Source: an uncultured Phycisphaerales bacterium (GTDB lineage: Bacteria; Planctomycetota; Phycisphaerae; Tepidisphaerales; Tepidisphaeraceae). Taken from it: DNA of 64,000 bases. Shown here piece after piece: positions 56,010 to 64,000 of the stretch (positions within the stretch are counted from its first letter, which is position 1; each line of letters starts with the position of its first letter). The notes under the pieces were generated by a model. It was given only the letters and a program-made list of their open reading frames with translations. It searched no databases and was not told where the DNA came from. The DNA is taken from assembly GCA_963844715.1 (NCBI GenBank), contig CAWJPJ010000007.1:512001-576000 (forward strand). Reading direction: 5' to 3'. A program made the position numbers and the translations under genes.

Positions 56010-56936
56010 TTGGATTCGCCCCTATCGACCGTTTTAATCACGACCAAGAATCGGAAGGATGATCTGCGCGCCGCGGTGGCATCGGCGCTTGCTCAGGACG
56101 CGGCTCCCCGGATTCTGGTAATCGACGACGGCTCGACCGATGGTACCAGCCAAATGATCCGCGATGAATTTCCAACCGTCCATCTGGATCGTGTCGAGAC
56201 GTCGCTGGGACTGATCGTGCAGCGCAATCGCGGAGCGGCGATGTGCGATACGCCGTTCATCTTTTCCATCGATGATGACGCCATTTTCTCATCTCCGCGA
56301 ATCGTCTCGCAAACGCTGCAGGAACTAAAAGAGGCCGCGGTGGGCGCCGTTGCGATTCCCTTTATTGACGTCAAGCAGCACAACGAGATTCGGCAAATGG
56401 CCCCCGACGAACATGGCATACATGTCGCGGCTTCCTATATCGGCACCGCGCACGCCATACGCCGCGATATTTTCCTGCGTCTTGGCGGATATCGAGAGTT
56501 TTTGTTTCATCAAGGGGAGGAGGAGGACTATTGCATCAGGCTGCTTGCCGCCGGTTATGTTGTGCGCATGGGTCGGTCGGATCCGATCCACCATCTCGAA
56601 TCGAACAAGCGCGATATGCGGCGAATGGATTTATATGGGCGAAGAAATAACATCCTGTTAGTGTGGTGTAATACCCCGACACGATATCTTCCGTTTCGTC
56701 TCATTGCGACGACCTACAGCGGCGTCCGCATTGGGCTCCGACTGGGCCGCGTTCGGCACATGATGCACGGATTGGCCCTGGGTTACGCGCAAATCTTCCG
56801 CCAATGGCGGCAGCGGCGGCCGGTGAGTGCCGAAGTGTGGAAACTTCACCGGCGCATCACGCGCCAGGCGGGAATAGCCATTTCCGAAATCGCGGCGAGC
56901 ATTCCGCCGATCGTCCAAACTGAAGGTTCACCATGA
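56010..56936 (+). CDS. glycosyltransferase family 2
   Basis: VLITTKNR, VIDDGSTDGT, SIDDD, LGGY..GEEED. Confidence 0.92.
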   Translation: MDSPLSTVLITTKNRKDDLRAAVASALAQDAAPRILVIDDGSTDGTSQMIRDEFPTVHLDRVETSLGLIVQRNRGAAMCDTPFIFSIDDDAIFSSPRIVSQTLQELKEAAVGAVAIPFIDVKQHNEIRQMAPDEHGIHVAASYIGTAHAIRRDIFLRLGGYREFLFHQGEEEDYCIRLLAAGYVVRMGRSDPIHHLESNKRDMRRMDLYGRRNNILLVWCNTPTRYLPFRLIATTYSGVRIGLRLGRVRHMMHGLALGYAQIFRQWRQRRPVSAEVWKLHRRITRQAGIAISEIAASIPPIVQTEGSP

Positions 56937-57910
56937 GATTTCACGGCTTGATGCTCCTGCGCGACGAAATCGACATTATCCAGCAAAATCTGGATCACCT
57001 GCTGACGTGGATCGACGCGTTGTATATTTTGGATATGGGGAGCGTCGACGGAACGTGGGACGTCGTGCAGGACTACGCTCGCCGCGACCCGCGCATCGTG
57101 CCGTTTTTCAGCCGCCCGATCGTCTACGACGATAATCAACGTTCCATGCTCTTCGATCAATATCGTCAGCGGTTCGACCCGGGCGACTGGGTGATGAAGA
57201 TTGACGCCGACGAGTTTTATCACCTGCCGCCCCCGCGGTTCGTGCGGGAGCGATTGCGTCCGCTGGATACGGCCGTGCATTTGCAGTGGTATTTTTTTCG
57301 GTTAACGAAGCAGGAGGCGGCGGATTACGAGTCGGGCCGGGTGGACATCACCGTCGATCGCGAGCGGCCGATCGAGGATCGCCGGCGTTATTACAAGATC
57401 GCCAGCTACGCCGAGCCGCGCATGTTCCGTTATCGTCGCGGAATGAAGTGGGCGAAGAATGGCAGCATGCCGTTCAATGCCGGGTTTGTCGCCCGGCATC
57501 GAATTCCGATTCGGCATTATCCTCATCGCGATCCTAAGCAGATGGAGCTTCGCTACAAGCTTCGCGCCGCCATGATGAAACTAAAAGCCCATGCCGGGGG
57601 CCACTGGAAACTCGACGATTGGCATAAAGATCTGGTCGATTCCGCCGGGGTGGCCGAAGCTTCAAAGGAAAATGTGGGCCTGTCGGACAACAGCAGCATC
57701 GACACAGGCCCCCTATATTACTGGGCGCCGGGGACTCCGTTTCACGAAGTGCCTTTGCACAATCACATCCCCCCTCTGAGCATGCGAATCCAGCAGCGGA
57801 TCGTGCATCCGCTGTTGCTTCCCATCCTCGATCGCCTGCGGCCGGATTACGATCGATCGTACAAACCCGTGGACATTCCGCCCGACGTGGCGGCACACAT
57901 TTACGATTGA
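56933..57910 (+). CDS. GT2-like glycosyltransferase
   Basis: RDEIDII, ILDMGSVDGT, WVMKIDADEF, IRHY. Confidence 0.85.
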   Translation: MRFHGLMLLRDEIDIIQQNLDHLLTWIDALYILDMGSVDGTWDVVQDYARRDPRIVPFFSRPIVYDDNQRSMLFDQYRQRFDPGDWVMKIDADEFYHLPPPRFVRERLRPLDTAVHLQWYFFRLTKQEAADYESGRVDITVDRERPIEDRRRYYKIASYAEPRMFRYRRGMKWAKNGSMPFNAGFVARHRIPIRHYPHRDPKQMELRYKLRAAMMKLKAHAGGHWKLDDWHKDLVDSAGVAEASKENVGLSDNSSIDTGPLYYWAPGTPFHEVPLHNHIPPLSMRIQQRIVHPLLLPILDRLRPDYDRSYKPVDIPPDVAAHIYD

Positions 57911-59058
57911 GCGACGGGCTGGCTCGCGGCCTTGTGGAACATTTCGAAGTACGCCGGCGCAAGCGATTCCCAGGCGAAACGCTCCCGCACGCTGCGCCGT
58001 CGACGCGACATCGCTTCGGATGCCAGGGGATGCGTCAGAATCTCCTCCAAGGTTTTTTTTAGACTGCCCGGTTGAGATAAATCGGCAAAAGAGCCCTCAT
58101 TAGCCAGCACCCAGCGCATGACCGGATGGTCGTGAATCGCGCAGGGCAGGCCGTACATCAAAGCTTCCAGAAAAACCCGCCCGAATCCCTCTTGAAGGGA
58201 GCAGAGCGTGAATACGTCGGCCGCCAAATAGTAGCGCGCTACCTGCTCGTACGGAACCGATCGCGCCGCGAAATTCTCTTGTCCCAGTTTTTCGCGGGCC
58301 AGACGGAGAATCGGCGGAGTCTTCTCGTCCATCGCACCAAGCATGACAAGAAAAGGGCGCGGCGAAGCCATCGAGGCGACTTCCTCGATCAGATAATCCA
58401 TTCGCTTGTGATAGGCCGATATCCAACCCACGCTGAGCACGATTTGGCGATCGACAGGCAGCTCGAGTTCGCGGCGGACCTGCTCTTGTTGTTTCGGATC
58501 AAACTGAACATCTCCCGCCGGAACACGAATCCCGTAAGGCGCCAGCAACTGCCTCTGCGGACTTTCGCCGGCATCGAGCGCCTGCTGAAGGAAGAATGGC
58601 GTTACCTGCTGAACGTGGTCGCAATACATAAAGGGCGCTTTCATGGGTGCGCCGTTGGAATAGATCAGCCGAAACGGCACGCCGATCGCGCCGCGTAACC
58701 GATACAGCCACCGGGCCATGTCCCCGTCGCTGTACAAAATGGCGTCGGGGCGTTCACGGCGGATTCGCCGGATGATGCCGGGCAGGGAGCTAAGCTGCTC
58801 GACGGCATACGAACTGCGACGAATCATGGCGCCCAGCGTCCGCGCGGCCGAACCCGTTCGCGGCAGGCACCAGACGCGGTGCTCATCCTCGCGGCATTCG
58901 CCGCGGCCCTTAACCAATTCCAATTTGATTCCGGCGGCACCCGCCAAAGGATGCAACCCGTCAAAACATTCGCGAAAGAAACTTTCGATCCCCCGGTTCA
59001 TGATCCCAACGCCACTGCACACCAGCCACACTTTTAGGGGAGATGCATCACTTGCCAT
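57901..59058 (-). CDS. glycosyltransferase family 4
   Basis: RGIESF; LSVGW...HKRMD; SLQEGFGRVFLEALMYGLP. Confidence 0.9.
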   Translation of the reverse strand: MASDASPLKVWLVCSGVGIMNRGIESFFRECFDGLHPLAGAAGIKLELVKGRGECREDEHRVWCLPRTGSAARTLGAMIRRSSYAVEQLSSLPGIIRRIRRERPDAILYSDGDMARWLYRLRGAIGVPFRLIYSNGAPMKAPFMYCDHVQQVTPFFLQQALDAGESPQRQLLAPYGIRVPAGDVQFDPKQQEQVRRELELPVDRQIVLSVGWISAYHKRMDYLIEEVASMASPRPFLVMLGAMDEKTPPILRLAREKLGQENFAARSVPYEQVARYYLAADVFTLCSLQEGFGRVFLEALMYGLPCAIHDHPVMRWVLANEGSFADLSQPGSLKKTLEEILTHPLASEAMSRRRRSVRERFAWESLAPAYFEMFHKAASQPVAQS

Positions 59059-59214
59059 TCCCGGAAAATTTAACCGCCGGGAGGCCGCTTAGGAACTATT
59101 GGGGGATGGAATGCCAGTAGTGGATTCTTCGGGCGGAAAGCATGTGGAAAACGCGGAAAGCTGTGTGAGTCAGCAGGGCCGGGAACTCCGCGCCTGGAGG
59201 GCGAAGAGAATTCG

Positions 59215-60099
59215 CTACCATGACTCGCTGGTGATGACAATTCCGCGCTTGAATCCGAGGCGGCGCAAGGCGTGTTGTATCCGAATGCGAACGCGCCATC
59301 GAAAACGAGCCCGCGGCCGTTTCGAATAGAGCCAGCCCAAAGAGACGTTTTGAGGCAAGTCCGCGGCTTCGGCGAGAAAGCTGGGCAAATCACCCTCGAA
59401 TTTATAGCGCAGCGCCCAGGTGTGGTAGTGATAGACGACGTCCCACGCCAGTTTCAGCCGTGTCTTGCGATCAAGTACGTATCCGAAGGCGAGCTGTTCG
59501 CAGGTGCGAAGGCCGGAAATTCGCTGCATCTGATCGTATAGATGCAGAGTTTCGTCAACCAGCGGCAGGTCGGAAGGATGAAGCCCCACAACGCCGGAGT
59601 TGTAGGAGTCAAATTGATCCGGAATGGGAAGAATATTTCCGGCCTGGTCCGTCACATGCTGTTCGCGCAGTTTGGCGGAGAAATTCCGGCACGCTTCGTC
59701 GGAACTGTCGCAAAGTTGGCATTCCCACGTGTGCATCAACGCCGTTCCTGGTGTCAGCCGCTGGAGAAGTTTGTGCGGGTGATCGATGAAATACGTATCG
59801 GCGTCCAGCATAATCACCGGCGCGGAAAATCTTCGCAGCGCATCTGCGAACGTCCGGATTTTGATTCGATAGACGTCGCCGCCGGCGCTCCAATCCTGGA
59901 ACTGCTGCGGCGAAATGAAAATGGTCTGCACCGGAAGTCGCTCGAACCGGTCCGGCTGATCCGTGTAGATGGCGAAGGCGGGAAGTTTGTCGCGCCCGGC
60001 GAAATACTGCGCGGACCAGATCGCAAATGCGATTTCGGGCAGATGCATCCCCTCTCCCCAGGAAAGGAAGATAAACCGCCCTTTTTCCTCCGCGCCCAT
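59215..60099 (-). CDS. GT-A-fold putative glycosyltransferase
   Basis: IYTD, VIMLDADTYF (DxD), YNSGVVG, CEQLAF, YHY. Confidence 0.6.
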   Translation of the reverse strand: MGAEEKGRFIFLSWGEGMHLPEIAFAIWSAQYFAGRDKLPAFAIYTDQPDRFERLPVQTIFISPQQFQDWSAGGDVYRIKIRTFADALRRFSAPVIMLDADTYFIDHPHKLLQRLTPGTALMHTWECQLCDSSDEACRNFSAKLREQHVTDQAGNILPIPDQFDSYNSGVVGLHPSDLPLVDETLHLYDQMQRISGLRTCEQLAFGYVLDRKTRLKLAWDVVYHYHTWALRYKFEGDLPSFLAEAADLPQNVSLGWLYSKRPRARFRWRVRIRIQHALRRLGFKRGIVITSESW

Positions 60100-60230
60100 T
60101 GCCACATTTTGGCCGACATTTGGGAAATTTGCACGCTTTTTTTCAGGTCCTTTACACGGTCCGGCCAAGTCGAAGGCTGTGTCGCAATTAAGCGCGATAG
60201 GACGCCTTCAAGACGGGCGGCGCGGACCCG

Positions 60231-61049
60231 CTAGGGGCCTTGGCGCTCGGTTCCAATCACGGTGAGGTATTGAGCCAGCGAATCCTGCGTTTTGCTTCCC
60301 CCGCGGCGCAGCCAAACTCGAAGGGTATGAACGGATGAAAACGGGCGCATCAGGACGATTTTTCGCGTCTCCTTCCAGCGGAGTTCCGGCGACTGAAGGT
60401 AAAGCGCCACGCGTTTCAGGTTGTGTTCGTGCCATAGGCCCAGGTGATCGGGGTCGTAAAAATGCATGCCGGACTTAAATCGCATCGCCGTATACAGCGG
60501 CACCTTTTGGCGGTGTACTTCCGTAAAGAAGAGATTTTCCAGCGGGACGACGATCGGCTCCTTGGCGAAATCCTCCCAGCAGCAGAAAACCTGCTTTGGC
60601 ACCCGGTCGGGCCGGAAGGCAAAGAAGGTGGTTCCGTAACTCGGATGATTGGCCCCAAAAGTCGGGGTAACGACCATCGCGGCGTTTTGTGCCGTTGCCT
60701 CGTCGATAGTCTTGAGCATGCGATCCGCGTCCGTAACGAAAAGGTCGGGATGGAGATGGATGATCCAGTCCCAGCCGCCGGCGACAAGCGTGTCCCAGGC
60801 ATCGCAAATCGACTCAAACTGCCCGTAGGCGTATCCGCCTGCATTGCAGGGGCGGTGCAGGAGTGTGAGCGATTTGCAGGGGATCTTATCCCACTTCGCC
60901 TGAATCTCGGCGGTGGAGATCTTTGCGTTGTTGCAGTGATAGACGATGTCGATCTCGGAGCGCAGGCGCGGGCTGCGGCGGAAAAATTCCGGAGTCAAAT
61001 CCAGTTCGCGCAACTGCCGATACGCGGTGTAAAGGATCGCGATCTTCAT
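60231..61049 (-). CDS. hypothetical protein, possibly GT-A fold
   Basis: NAGGY, WIIHLHPDLF; co-oriented within the glycan operon. Confidence 0.5.
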   Translation of the reverse strand: MKIAILYTAYRQLRELDLTPEFFRRSPRLRSEIDIVYHCNNAKISTAEIQAKWDKIPCKSLTLLHRPCNAGGYAYGQFESICDAWDTLVAGGWDWIIHLHPDLFVTDADRMLKTIDEATAQNAAMVVTPTFGANHPSYGTTFFAFRPDRVPKQVFCCWEDFAKEPIVVPLENLFFTEVHRQKVPLYTAMRFKSGMHFYDPDHLGLWHEHNLKRVALYLQSPELRWKETRKIVLMRPFSSVHTLRVWLRRGGSKTQDSLAQYLTVIGTERQGP

Positions 61050-61966
61050 TCAATCGCCGCCTTGGGGACGGGGCGTTCTTGCCCTCGCAGCCACAGTGCG
61101 TCCCGCCAGAACCAGTGCCGCACGTCCCCCACGTAATGCCGCGCCATCCAGCTCGGCCGCTCGCTCGGATGCCGGATTGGCCAGCTCTTGTCATCCACCT
61201 TAAGGATGATTTGATCCAGCGGCCAATGCCGGCCGCCTAGTTTTCGGGCGGCGTAGGCCATGATCGTCTGCTCGCTGAAATAACTCGGCTCGCGCGCGAC
61301 AATGCTCATCAGCCGATCCAATCCGCATTCCGTGTAAACCGGGCCGGATGCGTACACCAACCCCGTGTTCAGAGCCGGTATCTTGTCCAAGTCGTTGATC
61401 GACAGCATCTTTAGCAGGTGATCGTCATAATGAGGAGACAGATCCACCGCAAGTTGAACGGCCGCCGAGACCGACGCATCCGGCACGGCCGGTGGACCGC
61501 CAAACCAGAGCAGATCGCTGTCGCAATATAGTACTCGTTCGCTTTCCCCGGCGGCAAGAATCGCCGACAGTTTCTTCCCGAGCATATTGTTCCCGGCGAA
61601 CGTCCGAACATCGACGCGCCCGCGCTGGGCGTGATATTCCGCGCCGGCTTCCCAGGATTCCGCCTTTTTTTCCCCGGGCCACCAGTCGATCGATTCGAGC
61701 AGCGCCGATGGCGTCACGCTTCCATCCGAGACGAGCTTGACCCTCGGCAGTTCCGGCCACGCGTGATAAATCGACCACAGGCATTCCCGAACCATTTCCT
61801 TTTGCTGTGCGCCGGCGTAAAGCAAAAGCGTCATATTCCAAATGGGTTTGGGCGAAAGGGAGGCATATCCCCTGCGCAAGACGCGCCCTTTGAACCAGTC
61901 GCGCAAACTCTCCCGATACTTCGTGGAAATGCGGCAGGAAATCGATCGGTACGCGCGGGTAATCAT
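61046..61966 (-). CDS. GT-A-fold putative glycosyltransferase
   Basis: VSDG, KKL, LYCDSDLLW (DxD), LNTGL, SEQT, RHYVG. Confidence 0.6.
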   Translation of the reverse strand: MITRAYRSISCRISTKYRESLRDWFKGRVLRRGYASLSPKPIWNMTLLLYAGAQQKEMVRECLWSIYHAWPELPRVKLVSDGSVTPSALLESIDWWPGEKKAESWEAGAEYHAQRGRVDVRTFAGNNMLGKKLSAILAAGESERVLYCDSDLLWFGGPPAVPDASVSAAVQLAVDLSPHYDDHLLKMLSINDLDKIPALNTGLVYASGPVYTECGLDRLMSIVAREPSYFSEQTIMAYAARKLGGRHWPLDQIILKVDDKSWPIRHPSERPSWMARHYVGDVRHWFWRDALWLRGQERPVPKAAIE

Positions 61967-62946
61967 TTCCAAAACATCAGCGGCTTAATCCACCGATGAA
62001 ACCTTCCGTATTTGCGGCGATAAGTGATCGTGATCCGCCAGGGCAACTCCTCCAGGCGCAGCATGAGTCTGACCAGGGGTCGGGACATTTTGTGCATCCG
62101 TTTCCACGCCACGCCGCGGAAATATGTGAACGGAGCGTGAACCCCGTGCGAATCGGTCAGTGGCTTGGGATCGGTGAAATGCAGGACGATGGGTTGCACC
62201 GGTTTTGCCGGCGGAGCGCCGTTCTCGAATTGGAGCCGTTTCCGCAAAACATCCTGATTCGTGTAATCGCAAACCAGTTCCATCGGTCTTTGCGCGAGCT
62301 TCAATTTTCCTTGTTCGACGGCCCGAAAAATCATGAAATTGAGGATGCCCATTTCGCCGATCGGAAACAGTCCCGGATTGTCCTGGCGGAGCTTGACCAC
62401 TTCCTTGTAGTAATCCAGATCGAACGCCCCGCGCCCGGGCGAAGAAAGTGCCGCTGCAAAATAGGGCGCCGGCATATTTGCGCCACGGGAAATCCGGGAC
62501 AACCCGTCCCATCTTTTCGATGTTGAAATATTCCTGATTCACCCATTTATCGCCGGCCACGTCTGGAACCCACGGACGAGACCGCGCGTCTCCCTCGTCG
62601 ACGACCATATCCCAGTCCCGGTCGCTGCCGTAGGCCGCGATCACGTCGCCCCAAATAATCGTGTCACAATCCAGATAGAGATATCTCTCATAGGGGCTTT
62701 CCCAAAAGAGAGTCATCTTGGGCAACCCCCAGCCACGATTGGTTTGCGCAGCCAGGGGTCTTTAACGTCTTTGCGATACAGGAGACTTAGATTATAGGCT
62801 TCGGCCACTGCGCGGGCGTCCAGTTCACCGTCGATGAACAAGGTGATCGGCACATCGCCAAGGTATTGGCGCACGCTGGCGACGCATCCCTTGGCGAGGA
62901 AGTAATCAAACTTGCAGCAACAGATCACAACGCCGAATTCGCTCAT
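61963..62946 (-). CDS. GT8-like glycosyltransferase (two frameshifts)
   Basis: AKGCVASVR, YLYLDCDTII, FCSGTF, EMGILNF, VLHFT..KP. Confidence 0.65.
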
Positions 62947-62981
62947 GCCTCGACCATCCAAGGATTGCGGGTACGCATGTA

Positions 62982-63885
62982 TTACATCGGGCGGCAAATG
63001 ATGTTTTCGGCAAAAGCATCCGGCGGATTAAGAGGCAGGAGGCTCAGCTCGCGTCCGTCCATGTGCCAGATTTGATAATTGAGGCCTCGCAGAGCGTCCC
63101 ATAGTTGAGAGAGCGAAATCCCGTGCCGCGCCAGCATCGATTGATGCGCTTCCATGCAGATCACAGGCCGAACGGCTTTCAAGGTGCGCGCTGCTCCTTG
63201 GATCACATGATACTCAAAACCCTCCACGTCGATTTTCACGATGTCCGGGGCGATTCCTTGCTCTTCGTAAATGCGATCGATTGTGAGCAAGGGGACTTTC
63301 ATGGCTTTGTCGCCGCTTTCCTTTGCTGGGACATCCGCATTGGGATCGGCGACGAGATGCTGCCACTCGTAACTCATGGCCAGTTCGCCGCAGCGATCTC
63401 CAATCGCGGCGCAGAAAGGGCGGATTTGAAGATTTGGATTGGCCTTCACGTTCGCCTGTAACTTTTCAAATCCAAGCGGCGACGGCTCGAAGGCGAGCGA
63501 CTGCCGCGAGGGGTCGGCGGCGCAAAAGCTAAGCGAATATACTCCATGGAACGCCCCCACGTCCCACAGGCATTTTTTATTATTCGCCTCGGCCAGGAAA
63601 TGGTCGAGTTCGTAGACACAGCGGGGCGTGCCCCAGGCAAACGAAATAAGCGTGGGATCATCTCGTTCAGGGGTTTTGATCTCGACCCCCTTTCGCATCA
63701 CGAGCGTTGCGGGCGGAGCATTGCGGTTGAGTTCGTCGAACTGCGCGCATCCGCGTAATCTCGGTGTGCAGCCGCCTCGCTTGGGGTCGCTGCAAGCGCC
63801 AAAACCAGTGGTGCACCCTGTTGATTGCCGCCACCATCGGCGCGGGCAACGTCTGTTTCAGCCATTCTTTCTTGGACACTGCCAT
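62982..63885 (-). CDS. FkbM-family methyltransferase (frameshift)
   Basis: WDVGAFHGVYS, AFEPSP, IVKIDVEGFEYHVIQG. Confidence 0.88.
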
Positions 63886-64000
63886 GCGTTTCCCGTGATT
63901 GCGAAGAAATGGACTATTTTCCGTTTATCGATCCCGACCAAGGGAGGATCGGCGCTAGAACGCCGCGGCGTCCCATCCATTGCGGCGAGTCCGTCATCCC

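Overview
GC-rich bacterial window, most likely Planctomycetota (Phycisphaerae/Tepidisphaerales-like). This is inferred from an 'ESLEGRLLLS' secretion-type motif, a BBP2-type beta-barrel, a long N-terminally extended sigma-70 and recurring (A/T)TQP motifs. Many genes, including housekeeping ones, are split by single-base frameshifts, which looks like uncorrected long-read error rather than pseudogenisation. Content in order: end of guaB; small lipoproteins; a PfkB kinase; a His-rich secreted peptide; a PilB-PilT-PilB ATPase cluster; TetR; an ORF-poor, heavily base-paired ~570-nt segment (8800-9367, minus strand) that looks like an unassigned large ncRNA, with six DnaA-box-like nonamers just upstream; amrA; mqnC; ArsR/SDR; an unusual sigma factor; a beta-propeller; acyl-CoA ligase; TPR-SPOR; gcvTHP; an aldehyde dehydrogenase; an RND pump; a porin; an S53 peptidase; tRNA-Gly; an isolated nuoAB; and a ~27-kb surface-polysaccharide locus (many GTs, Wzy-like protein, sulfotransferase-GT4 and GT2-acetyltransferase fusions, FkbM) interrupted by a hicBA cassette. 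The best novelty candidate is the large structured RNA with its DnaA-box cluster. All calls are by eye; no database search was run.
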